The position numbers were made by a program, and so were the translations under genes. Shown here one piece after another: positions 16,540 through 24,835 of a stretch of DNA of 42,694 nucleotides. Positions within the stretch are counted from its first letter, which is position 1; each line of letters opens with the position of its first letter. The stretch is taken from the IMG/VR virus record IMGVR_UViG_2690316224_000012, positions 1 through 42,694 of that record; one strand, written 5' to 3'. Under the pieces are notes generated by a model. The model saw only the letters and a program-made list of their open reading frames with translations. It ran no database searches and was not told where the DNA came from. This DNA is from a virus. Lineage: Duplodnaviria; Heunggongvirae; Uroviricota; Caudoviricetes.

Positions 16540-16942
16540 CGCCATAGACGCAATACTCTCACTTCCCATCGACGACAAGTCACCCCACGAAGTCCACCTT
16601 AAAGAACCCAAACGCAGCAAAGCGCAGAATGACCGTATGTGGCCGATGCTGAACGATGTTTCGCGTCAGGTGCTATGGCATGGTCAACGGCTGGCACCGG
16701 AAGACTGGAAAGACCTGTTCACTGCCCTGTGGCTTAAGACCAAAAAACTGGAGCAACGAAGTGTTCCTGGTATCGACGGTGGCGTTGTCATGCTTGGCGT
16801 GCGTACCAGCAAAATGCGAAAGGCCAGCATGACTGAGCTTATCGAAATCATGTTCTGGTTCGGCTCAGAGCGCAACGTGCGGTGGAGTGATGACTCCCGG
16901 CGAGAGTATGAATGGTCACAACGAAAAGGGAAGGCTGCATGA
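16496..16942 (+). CDS. ninB: NinB (Orf) recombination mediator
   Basis: Resembles lambda NinB (...QNDRMWPMLNDVSRQVLWHG... vs ...QNRKLWACLGDVSRQVEWHG...). Confidence 0.8.
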   Translation: MKQIYMLRNEAIRNNAIDAILSLPIDDKSPHEVHLKEPKRSKAQNDRMWPMLNDVSRQVLWHGQRLAPEDWKDLFTALWLKTKKLEQRSVPGIDGGVVMLGVRTSKMRKASMTELIEIMFWFGSERNVRWSDDSRREYEWSQRKGKAA

Positions 16943-17466
16943 CTATCAAATCAAATACGCCGGCACACGACAAGGACTGCTGGCAAACGCCGCTTTGGCT
17001 TTTTGATGCACTGGATATTGAGTTTGGATTCTGGCTGGATTCGGCAGCGAGCGACAAAAATGCTCTGTGTGCTCACTGGCTAACTGAGGCCGACGACGCG
17101 CTCAATTCTGAGTGGGTAAGCCACGGTGCAATCTGGAATAACCCACCGTACAGCAATATCAGACCGTGGGTGGAAAAAGCCGCTGAGCAGTGCATACAAC
17201 AGCGACATACGGTAGTTATGCTTGTGCCAGAGGATATGTCAGTCGGATGGTTCAGCAAGGCTCTGGAGAGTGTCGACGAAGTTCGCATTATCACTGATGG
17301 ACGGATTAATTTTATCGAACCATCGACAGGGTTGGAGAAGAAGGGAAACAGCAAAGGCTCCATGCTGCTGATTTGGCGACCGTTCATCAGTCCTCGACGG
17401 ATGTTTACTACCGTATCCAAAGCGGCATTGATGGCGATCGGGCAGGGCGTCAGGAGGGCGGCATGA
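16939..17466 (+). CDS. Phage DNA N6-adenine methyltransferase (Dam-like)
   Basis: NPPY catalytic motif (IWNNPPYSN); ATG at 16939 overlaps the ninB stop (ATGA). Confidence 0.8.
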   Translation: MTIKSNTPAHDKDCWQTPLWLFDALDIEFGFWLDSAASDKNALCAHWLTEADDALNSEWVSHGAIWNNPPYSNIRPWVEKAAEQCIQQRHTVVMLVPEDMSVGWFSKALESVDEVRIITDGRINFIEPSTGLEKKGNSKGSMLLIWRPFISPRRMFTTVSKAALMAIGQGVRRAA

Positions 17467-17639
17467 GGCGACAGCGACGAAGTTTCACCGACATCATCTG
17501 CGAAAACTGCAAATACCTTCCAACGAAACGCTCCAGAAATAAACGCAAGCCAATCCCAAAAGAATCTGACGTAAAAACCTTCAATTACACAGCTCACCTG
17601 TGGGATATCCGGTGGCTAAGATATCGTGCGAGGAAATGA
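17463..17639 (+). CDS. ninE: NinE-like protein
   Basis: 58 aa [23 protein letters not shown]...; ATGA overlap with the methyltransferase stop; AGGAGGG SD. Confidence 0.65.
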   Translation: MRRQRRSFTDIICENCKYLPTKRSRNKRKPIPKESDVKTFNYTAHLWDIRWLRYRARK

Positions 17640-18043
17640 CAATGCTTTTAATTCAACCTGGATTTGGCCTTAGCATCAAAAAATGGCACATGTTTGGCGA
17701 GAAAGAGTCTCAACGAAAAATGGTGCTTATCAAGTTGCCATTTATCAGTATTTGTTGGCTAAACAGGGAGGCAGCAAATTATTTGTCTACATGCGCCAGA
17801 GCAGCATTTAACGACCCTGAGTGGTTTGTAGAAAACCATCACGCTGTTCGTCAGGCAAAGAGAAAGGCCAAAACGACATACATGAAGGCGTATCGAAAAG
17901 CATGGAAAGAACACCGCGATCGATACCAACAAGACATGGAAAAGCTTGAATCAGAAAACATGGAATTAAGACGAAAGCTCGGTGAAGCAAAACGAGACAT
18001 TGATGCTTACAAGCGACTTTTTAATGGTGAAAGCCATGCTTAG
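17636..18043 (+). CDS. Hypothetical nin-region protein with C-terminal coiled coil
   Basis: Track ORF 17600..18043; start uncertain (ATG at 17636 or 17642). Confidence 0.4.
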   Translation: MTMLLIQPGFGLSIKKWHMFGEKESQRKMVLIKLPFISICWLNREAANYLSTCARAAFNDPEWFVENHHAVRQAKRKAKTTYMKAYRKAWKEHRDRYQQDMEKLESENMELRRKLGEAKRDIDAYKRLFNGESHA

Positions 18044-18212
18044 CCCATCCCAATCCCTTCAATACCAGAAAGAAAGCGTCGAGCGAGCTTTAACGTGCGC
18101 TAACTGCGGTCAGAAGCTGCATGTGCTGGAAGTTCACGTGTGCTCAGATTGCTGCGCAGAACTGATGAGCGATCCGAATAGCTCAATGTACGAGGAAGAA
18201 GACGATGAATGA
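18036..18212 (+). CDS. ninF: NinF-like protein
   Basis: 58 aa from the internal ATG: [36 protein letters not shown]... matches lambda NinF as recalled. Confidence 0.7.
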   Translation: MLSPSQSLQYQKESVERALTCANCGQKLHVLEVHVCSDCCAELMSDPNSSMYEEEDDE

Positions 18213-18927
18213 GTTAATAAATGGCAATGCCATCAAAATGACAAGCATTGAAATCGCTGAGTTGGTGGGTAAGCGTCATGACAATGTGAAACGTACCATC
18301 GAAACGCTGGCTAAAAATGGTGTTATCCGGCTTCCTCAAATTGAGGTTTCCGAAAGAATCAATAACTTAGGGTTCCATGTTCAGTACGAGCATTACGTCT
18401 TCGAGGGCGAACAAGGTAAGCGAGACAGTATTGTCGTTGTTGCCCAGTTGTCGCCAGAGTTCACCGCTCGCCTTGTTGACCGCTGGCGAGAGCTTGAAGA
18501 AGCTGCAGTTAATATCCCCAAAACGCTACCGGAAGCGTTGCGCCTTGCTGCCGATCTTGCTGAGCAGAAAATGCAACTGGAAAACCAGCTCGCAATTGTC
18601 GCACCTAAAGTTGAGTTTGCCGATCGCGTTGGCGAGGCCAGCGGAATTTTGATTGGGAACTTTGCAAAGGTTGTTGGTATTGGTCAAAACAAACTGTTTG
18701 CGTGGATGCGTGATCACAAAATCCTTATTGCTTCAGGTTCCCGGCGCAATGTGCCAATGCAGGAATATATGGATCGCGGCTATTTCACAGTGAAAGAAAC
18801 AGCGGTCAACACAAATCACGGAATACAGATATCGTTCACCACAAAAATCACCGGGCGCGGTCAACAGTGGCTGACCAGAAAGTTGCTCGATAACGGAATG
18901 CTGAAAGTAACAGGGGAGGCTGCTTAA
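18205..18927 (+). CDS. Rha-family regulatory protein with KilA-C domain (antirepressor-like)
   Basis: N-terminal Rha-like segment (MTSIEIAELVGKRHDNVKRTIETL) and C-terminal KilAC-like segment (FADRVGEASGILIGNFAKVVG...). Confidence 0.7.
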   Translation: MNELINGNAIKMTSIEIAELVGKRHDNVKRTIETLAKNGVIRLPQIEVSERINNLGFHVQYEHYVFEGEQGKRDSIVVVAQLSPEFTARLVDRWRELEEAAVNIPKTLPEALRLAADLAEQKMQLENQLAIVAPKVEFADRVGEASGILIGNFAKVVGIGQNKLFAWMRDHKILIASGSRRNVPMQEYMDRGYFTVKETAVNTNHGIQISFTTKITGRGQQWLTRKLLDNGMLKVTGEAA

Positions 18928-19217
18928 TGGCTAACCTACGCAAAGAAGCACGCGGCAGAGAATGCCAGGTACGTATTTACGGCGTATGCAATGGCAATCC
19001 TGAAACTACAGTTCTGGCACATTACCGGATGGCTGGAATTTGCGGAACGGGAATGAAGCCTGACGACCTGATCGGTGCATGGGCTTGTAGTGCGTGTCAC
19101 GATGAAATCGACCGACGCACCCATAATCTCGACAACAAAGACGCCAGACTTTACCACCTCGAAGGCGTGATCAGAACGCAGGCGATACTGCTGAGGGAGG
19201 GGAAGATTAAGTCATGA
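18927..19217 (+). CDS. YbcO-like (DUF1364) putative nuclease
   Basis: 96 aa MANLRKEARGRECQVRIYGVCNGNPETTVLAH...CSACHDEIDRRTH, as in DLP12 YbcO. Confidence 0.7.
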   Translation: MANLRKEARGRECQVRIYGVCNGNPETTVLAHYRMAGICGTGMKPDDLIGAWACSACHDEIDRRTHNLDNKDARLYHLEGVIRTQAILLREGKIKS

Positions 19218-19576
19218 ACGAATATCAGTTTGTGCTTCCATACCCGCCGTCGGTGAATACCTACTGGCGAAGACGGGGAAGCCAATATTACATAAGCGAT
19301 AAAGGCCAGAAATACCGAAAAGACGTTCAGCAAATCATCCGCCAACTCAAGTTAGACATTTTCACCAAATCACGACTCCGTATCAAAGTCATCGCAGACG
19401 TTCCAGACTCCCGCCGCCGCGACCTCGACAACATCCTGAAAGGTTTACTCGACTCCCTTATCCACGCCGGATTTGCGGAAGACGACGAGCAATTCGATGA
19501 CATTCGCGTAATTCGTGGTGTGAAAGTGCCAGGCGGACGGCTTGGAATAAAAATCACCGAACTGGAGAACGTATGA
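19214..19576 (+). CDS. rusA: RusA Holliday-junction resolvase
   Basis: 120 aa with RusA motifs (PDSRRRDLDNILKGLLDSL, GGRLGIKITELE). Confidence 0.85.
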   Translation: MNEYQFVLPYPPSVNTYWRRRGSQYYISDKGQKYRKDVQQIIRQLKLDIFTKSRLRIKVIADVPDSRRRDLDNILKGLLDSLIHAGFAEDDEQFDDIRVIRGVKVPGGRLGIKITELENV

Positions 19577-19761
19577 ACGCCACAATTCAAACGATACCAG
19601 AGCTTCTTATCCAGACACGAGGCAATCAGACCGAAGTGGCGAGGATGCCTTCCTGCGCAAGAGGGACAGTGCTCAAGTACAACCGAGACAGCAAAGGCGA
19701 GCGTCACGTAATAGTTAACGGCGTCCTGATGGTCAAACAGGGCAAGAGGGGAAGACGATGA
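19573..19761 (+). CDS. ninH: NinH-like small DNA-binding protein
   Basis: 62 aa; GNQTEVAR...RGTV...IVNGVLMV matches lambda NinH. Confidence 0.65.
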   Translation: MNATIQTIPELLIQTRGNQTEVARMPSCARGTVLKYNRDSKGERHVIVNGVLMVKQGKRGRR

Positions 19762-20246
19762 GCATAAGAGAACTAAACCTCACCAAAGAACAGCACGATT
19801 GGCTGAATGGCTGGCTTGAACTGTGGGGCGCATGGGTTTATTCAGGTCGTCTGGAAAAGCGCATGAGCAGCGTAATAGCGAAGTTCATGGAGAGCGTAGA
19901 GCCGGGAAGAGTTATGACAAGGCCAATGTGTAATGATGATGATGGAATGTTGATTTCTCAGGTCGTCGATTCCGTCATGTACATTGACAAGAAAGCCTTT
20001 GGAATCCTCCTCAGCTACTACGCTCATGGCTCTTCCAAGCACGCCATTGCATCTTACTATCATCGCGTCGCAAGACCTCGCAAGATGTTATGCCGTGGCG
20101 GCGGGCGCATTCAAAAACCATCGCTCGCAACCTGTCGACGGGAAGTTGACGAAACCCTTAATGCCTCGTTGTTTATGATTTACCCGGTTCTGGATAGTGC
20201 GTTTAAAAATCGGAAACGTGTAGAGAAAATTAAACATGTAGCATAG
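19758..20246 (+). CDS. Late-gene antiterminator Q (P22 gp23-type)
   Basis: LELWGAWVYS...RPMCNDDDGMLI resembles P22 gp23 LERWGAWAAN...RPQCCDDDAMII; last gene before the lysis cassette. Confidence 0.7.
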   Translation: MSIRELNLTKEQHDWLNGWLELWGAWVYSGRLEKRMSSVIAKFMESVEPGRVMTRPMCNDDDGMLISQVVDSVMYIDKKAFGILLSYYAHGSSKHAIASYYHRVARPRKMLCRGGGRIQKPSLATCRREVDETLNASLFMIYPVLDSAFKNRKRVEKIKHVA

Positions 20247-20291
20247 AACGTGTTGACATCATTGAGCAAATGAGCAACACTATTGGCATAA

Positions 20292-20333
20292 GCTGCCGTT
20301 AGTGACTCTTAAGTTGCAACGGTGGCTTTTTTT
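20292..20333 (+). terminator. Putative tR'-like intrinsic terminator
   Basis: Stem GCTGCCGTT/AACGGTGGC (two G-U pairs) with a 17-nt loop, followed by T7. Confidence 0.45.
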
Positions 20334-20337
20334 ATTT

Positions 20338-20412
20338 GGGTCAGTCGTATAAAGGTCATTACGGAAGGCTGTTAACCTTCTTATCGTGGTTCGAGTCCAC
20401 GCTGTCCCGCCA
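20338..20412 (+). tRNA. tRNA-Asn (anticodon GUU), phage-encoded
   Basis: Hand-folded cloverleaf: anticodon stem GAAGG/CCTTC with loop CUGUUAA, T-arm CGTGG-TTCGAGT-CCACG, 3' CCA; one acceptor-stem and one D-stem mismatch. Confidence 0.5.
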
Positions 20413-20417
20413 AATAT

Positions 20418-20493
20418 GCTGGTTTAGCTCCAATGGTAGAGCAGTCGCCTTGTAAGCGAATGGGTAGCGGTTCAAGTCCGTTAACCAGCACCA
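20418..20493 (+). tRNA. tRNA-Thr (anticodon UGU), phage-encoded
   Basis: Hand-folded cloverleaf: perfect 7-bp acceptor stem, D-arm GCTC/GAGC with GG loop, anticodon loop CUUGUAA, T-loop TTCAAGT, 3' ACCA. Confidence 0.6.
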
Positions 20494-20735
20494 TAACTGA
20501 GCCGTAGCCACTGGCTATCCTGAATTCATCAGTGATAGTTACGCTGCGGCATTCTACGCATGACCTTCGTGAAAGCGGGTGGCAAGAGGCTGCGCTAACA
20601 ACCTCCTGCCGTTTTGCCCGTGCATATCGGTCACGAACAAATCTGATTACTAAACACAGTAGCCTGGATTTGTTCTATCAGTAATCGACCTTATTCCTAA
20701 TTAAATAGAGCAAATCCCCTTATTGGGGGTAAGAC

Positions 20736-21059
20736 ATGAAGATGCCAGAAAAACATGACCTGTTAGCCGCCATTCTCGCGGCAAAGGAACAAGGCATCGG
20801 GGCAATCCTTGCGTTTGCAATGGCGTACCTTCGCGGCAGATATAATGGCGGTGCGTTTACAAAAACAGTAATCGACGCAACGATGTGCGCCATTATCGCC
20901 TGGTTCATTCGTGACCTTCTCGACTTCGCCGGACTAAGTAGCAATCTCGCTTATATAACGAGCGTGTTCATCGGCTACATCGGTACTGACTCGATTGGTT
21001 CGCTTATCAAACGCTTCGCTGCTAAAAAAGCCGGAGTAGAAGATGGTGGAAATCAATAA
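20736..21059 (+). CDS. S: Holin S (lambda class I, dual-start MKMPEK)
   Basis: 107 aa, essentially lambda S as recalled. Confidence 0.9.
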   Translation: MKMPEKHDLLAAILAAKEQGIGAILAFAMAYLRGRYNGGAFTKTVIDATMCAIIAWFIRDLLDFAGLSSNLAYITSVFIGYIGTDSIGSLIKRFAAKKAGVEDGGNQ

Positions 21060-21519
21060 TCAACGTAAGGCGTTCCTCGATATGCTGGCGTGGTCAGAGG
21101 GAACTGATAATGGACGTCAGAAAACCAGAAATCATGGTTATGACGTCATTGTTGGCGGAGAGCTATTCACTGATTACTCCGATCACCCTCGCAAACTTGT
21201 CACGCTAAACCCCAAACTCAAATCAACAGCCGCCGGACGCTACCAGCTTCTTTCCCGTTGGTGGGATGCCTATCGTAAGCAGCTTGGCCTGAAAGACTTC
21301 TCTCCGAAAAGCCAGGACGCTGTGGCACTGCAACAGATTAAAGAGCGTGGCGCTTTACCGATGATTGATCGCGGTGATATCCGTCAGGCAATCGACCGTT
21401 GCAGCAATATCTGGGCTTCACTGCCGGGGGCTGGTTATGGTCAGTTCGAGCATAAGGCTGACAGCCTGATTGCAAAATTCAAAGAGGCTGGCGGAGCGGT
21501 CAGAGAGATTGAGGTATGA
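21043..21519 (+). CDS. R: Endolysin R (lambda-type lytic transglycosylase)
   Basis: 158 aa, near-identical to lambda R as recalled. Confidence 0.9.
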   Translation: MVEINNQRKAFLDMLAWSEGTDNGRQKTRNHGYDVIVGGELFTDYSDHPRKLVTLNPKLKSTAAGRYQLLSRWWDAYRKQLGLKDFSPKSQDAVALQQIKERGALPMIDRGDIRQAIDRCSNIWASLPGAGYGQFEHKADSLIAKFKEAGGAVREIEV

Positions 21520-21983
21520 GCAGAGTAACCGCGATTATCTCCGCTCTGGTTATCTGCATCATCGTCTGTCTGTCATGGGCTGTTAATCATTACCGTGATA
21601 ATGCCATCGCCTACAAAGAGCAGCGAGATAAAAAAGTCAGTGAGCTGAAGCAGGCGACCGCCACCATTACTGACATGCAGCAACGCCAGCGTGCTGCTGA
21701 TGTACTCGATGCTAAATACACGAAGGAGTTAGCTGATGCGAAAGCTGAAAATGATGCTCTTCGTCGCAAGCTTGATAATGGTGGCAGGGTGCTCGTCAAA
21801 GGAAAATGCCCTGTGCCATCCTCAGCCGAAACCTCCGGCGCCTCCGGCATGGGCAATGATGCCACCGTCGAACTCTCTCCAGTTGCTGGACGAAACGTTC
21901 TCGGTATCCGGGACGGAATCATCAGCGACCAAACAGCACTGAGAACGCTTCAGGAATACATCAGGACGCAATGCCTTCGATGA
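21516..21983 (+). CDS. Rz: Spanin inner-membrane subunit Rz
   Basis: N-terminal TM segment and coiled-coil periplasmic domain; follows R with an ATGA overlap. Confidence 0.85.
   Translation: MSRVTAIISALVICIIVCLSWAVNHYRDNAIAYKEQRDKKVSELKQATATITDMQQRQRAADVLDAKYTKELADAKAENDALRRKLDNGGRVLVKGKCPVPSSAETSGASGMGNDATVELSPVAGRNVLGIRDGIISDQTALRTLQEYIRTQCLR
21736..21942 (+). CDS. Rz1: Spanin outer-membrane lipoprotein subunit Rz1 (embedded in Rz, +1 frame)
   Basis: Lipobox MVAGC and Pro-rich mature region ([11 protein letters not shown]). Confidence 0.7.
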   Translation: MRKLKMMLFVASLIMVAGCSSKENALCHPQPKPPAPPAWAMMPPSNSLQLLDETFSVSGTESSATKQH

Positions 21984-22364
21984 TAGCGATAATTTTACTC
22001 ATCATCCTTCACATCTGGCTCTGTAGACAGGGTGGTGAACACTTCTGGATTGAATCCAGATTAAACATCTCATTGCTGATGCTTGAAGTTGAGCATCTGG
22101 CGCGCGGTAAGGGGCTGCGTTGAGATAAGAGCCAGTTCATTACAAAGCCTATCTACGGGTGGGCTTGATAATGAAACCGGAATTTATTCTGGGCAACCAG
22201 TTACGGCAGTACAGCGAAACAACCCAAGCCAGTAAGTGGGGAAATAACACTGGCAGCCACTGAAAGATGAACCCCCTGCCTTATGGCAAAAAAGATTCTT
22301 TGTGGTGGCGGACTGATGGAAAGACATCCGCTGAATCGATGATAAACAAGTGGAAGAGGTTGCG

Positions 22365-22535
22365 ATGGTTTCCGTGAACAAAGATCCGAAGGAAGGCGTT
22401 GAATACATCACTGGTGCTGATGGTGTGAAAAGACCAATGGCTTATTACAAAGCGGCTGAAGAGAGGGCAAGAATAGAAAATCCCCCTAAATGCGGATCAT
22501 TTTTCGACATGCTGGACCTTCAATGGAAGTTGTGA
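22365..22535 (+). CDS. Hypothetical small protein (56 aa)
   Basis: Track ORF 22350..22535; ATG at 22365 has a GGAAGAGG SD; terminator immediately downstream. Confidence 0.35.
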   Translation: MVSVNKDPKEGVEYITGADGVKRPMAYYKAAEERARIENPPKCGSFFDMLDLQWKL

Positions 22536-22545
22536 ACAACTAACA

Positions 22546-22567
22546 GGTCGCTCAGGCGGCCTTTTTT
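22546..22567 (+). terminator. Intrinsic terminator
   Basis: GGTCGC-TCAG-GCGGCC hairpin followed by T6. Confidence 0.6.
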
Positions 22568-22674
22568 ATTGCCATCACAAAAGCCATTCCCTACAGAGTG
22601 GCTTTGGTAATGGCTTATACCCTACACGGGATAACTTAACTGATATCCCTTTTAACGGATAAACGGAGCCAACA

Positions 22675-22917
22675 ATGGCAGAGATTATTCCCATGACTGA
22701 AGAACAGAAATTCCAGTTAGAGATTTACAAACTGGTCATGAACCAGAACGCAGCCGCAGAAGAAGCATTTCAGTTCATTGGCACTGACGAGTTGAAGCTT
22801 GAGCTATTCAAAATTCACTTCCAGTCAGGCGGCGCTAATTCAGATATCACGACCCGCACTATCGAAGCGGTGCGTAAATCGAAGGAAGCGTTAGACCTGT
22901 TCACTACCGGAGCATAA
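22675..22917 (+). CDS. Hypothetical protein upstream of terminase (80 aa)
   Basis: ORF with AGG-containing SD, preceding the packaging module. Confidence 0.5.
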   Translation: MAEIIPMTEEQKFQLEIYKLVMNQNAAAEEAFQFIGTDELKLELFKIHFQSGGANSDITTRTIEAVRKSKEALDLFTTGA

Positions 22918-22996
22918 ACATGGCAACTCAAGGTTTCGACAACCCATCCAAATTCCGCGATGAATGGGATAAGCAAGCAGAAGGGAAATAATCAAT

Positions 22997-23422
22997 ATGG
23001 CGACTGAGAAAAAGAAAGGTGGTCGCCCCTCTGATTATATGCCGGAGGTGGCTAATGACATTTGCGCATTGCTTTCCTCCGGTGAGAGTCTGCGCAAAGT
23101 TTGCGAACGCCCAGGAATGCCGAGCAAAACATCAGTTTTTCGCTGGCTGGCTGAACATCAGGAGTTTCGTGACCAGTACGCGAAGGCAACAGAGACTCGG
23201 GCCGACTCTATTTTCGAAGAGATATTCGAAATTGCTGACGACGTAATCCCTGATGCCGCCGAGGTGGCAAAGGCAAGACTTCGCGTTGATACCCGCAAAT
23301 GGGCGCTGGCCAGAATGAATCCCCGTAAGTATGGCGACAAGGTAACTAATGAGCTTGTCGGCAAAGACGGCGGCGCAATCCAGATTGAAACATCACCGAT
23401 GAGCACTCTATTCGGAAAATGA
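22997..23422 (+). CDS. Terminase small subunit (Sf6 gp1-like)
   Basis: 141 aa; MATEKKKGGRPSDYMPEVANDICALLSSGESLRKVCERPGMP... resembles Sf6 gp1 as recalled. Confidence 0.8.
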   Translation: MATEKKKGGRPSDYMPEVANDICALLSSGESLRKVCERPGMPSKTSVFRWLAEHQEFRDQYAKATETRADSIFEEIFEIADDVIPDAAEVAKARLRVDTRKWALARMNPRKYGDKVTNELVGKDGGAIQIETSPMSTLFGK

Positions 23423-24834
23423 CCTCGATTAATCCTATCTTTGAACCGTTCATTGAGGCGCATCGCTACAAAGTCGCCAAAGGCGGTCGAGGTAGCGGTA
23501 AGTCATGGGCAATTGCGAGGCTGCTTGTTGAAGCGGCGCGTCGGCAGCCTGTGCGTATTCTCTGCGCTCGTGAACTGCAAAACAGTATCAGCGATTCGGT
23601 AATCCGGTTGCTTGAAGACACCATAGAGCGGGAAGGGTATTCGGCTGAGTTTGAAATTCAGCGTTCAATGATTCGTCATCTCGGAACGAATGCTGAATTC
23701 ATGTTCTACGGCATCAAAAACAACCCGACGAAGATTAAATCGCTAGAAGGCATTGATATCTGCTGGGTGGAGGAAGCGGAAGCGGTAACGAAGGAATCAT
23801 GGGATATCCTGATACCAACCATCCGCAAGCCATTTTCCGAAATATGGGTGAGCTTTAACCCGAAAAACATCCTCGACGATACCTATCAGCGATTCGTCGT
23901 AAATCCTCCAGATGATATTTGCCTGCTGACGGTGAACTACACCGACAACCCGCACTTTCCTGAAGTTCTCCGTCTGGAGATGGAAGAGTGTAAACGCAGA
24001 AATCCGACCCTGTATCGTCACATCTGGCTTGGTGAGCCAGTAAGCGCAAGTGATATGGCAATCATCAAACGTGAATGGCTTGAAGCCGCAACCGATGCGC
24101 ACAAGAAACTAGGATGGAAAGCGAAAGGCGCTGTTGTTTCTGCACATGACCCGTCAGATACAGGGCCGGATGCTAAAGGTTATGCATCGCGTCACGGTTC
24201 GGTTGTTAAGCGCATTGCCGAAGGCCTGCTGATGGACATCAACGAGGGTGCTGACTGGGCTACTTCGCTGGCGATTGAAGACGGCGCTGACCATTACCTG
24301 TGGGATGGTGATGGTGTTGGTGCCGGGCTACGCAGACAGACAACGGAAGCGTTCTCCGGCAAGAAAATCACCGCCACGATGTTCAAGGGCAGCGAATCGC
24401 CATTCGATGAAGATGCACCGTATCAGGCCGGAGCATGGGCTGATGAAGTCGTACAGGGCGACAACGTTCGCACTATTGGTGATGTGTTCCGCAATAAGCG
24501 AGCGCAATTCTATTACGCGCTGGCTGACAGGCTTTATCTGACATATCGGGCGGTTGTCCACGGTGAGTATGCAGACCCCGACGACATGCTGAGTTTCGAC
24601 AAAGAAGCAATAGGCGAGAAGATGCTGGAGAAGCTGTTTGCAGAACTGACGCAGATTCAGCGCAAATTCAATAACAACGGGAAGCTGGAGCTTATGACTA
24701 AGGTCGAAATGAAGCAGAAGCTCGGTATTCCATCTCCTAACCTGGCTGATGCATTGATGATGTGTATGCATTGCCCGGAGTCGGCTGCGCAACCCGACTA
24801 TTCCAGTTACTCAATTCCTTGTGGTGTAGGTTGA
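23419..24834 (+). CDS. Terminase large subunit
   Basis: 471 aa; Walker A KGGRGSGKS; ATGA overlap with the small subunit. Confidence 0.9.
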   Translation: MTSINPIFEPFIEAHRYKVAKGGRGSGKSWAIARLLVEAARRQPVRILCARELQNSISDSVIRLLEDTIEREGYSAEFEIQRSMIRHLGTNAEFMFYGIKNNPTKIKSLEGIDICWVEEAEAVTKESWDILIPTIRKPFSEIWVSFNPKNILDDTYQRFVVNPPDDICLLTVNYTDNPHFPEVLRLEMEECKRRNPTLYRHIWLGEPVSASDMAIIKREWLEAATDAHKKLGWKAKGAVVSAHDPSDTGPDAKGYASRHGSVVKRIAEGLLMDINEGADWATSLAIEDGADHYLWDGDGVGAGLRRQTTEAFSGKKITATMFKGSESPFDEDAPYQAGAWADEVVQGDNVRTIGDVFRNKRAQFYYALADRLYLTYRAVVHGEYADPDDMLSFDKEAIGEKMLEKLFAELTQIQRKFNNNGKLELMTKVEMKQKLGIPSPNLADALMMCMHCPESAAQPDYSSYSIPCGVG

Positions 24835-24835
24835 T

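Noticed and set aside
20253-20283. Perfect -35 TTGACA downstream of Q as the late promoter pR'
   Set aside because: No acceptable -10 hexamer at 16-19 bp spacing; the late promoter probably lies here but cannot be placed confidently from sequence.
22184-22411. Minus-strand ORF downstream of Rz as a possible bor-like lipoprotein
   Set aside because: Translation is Ser/Cys/Thr-rich with no signal peptide or lipobox and no SD.
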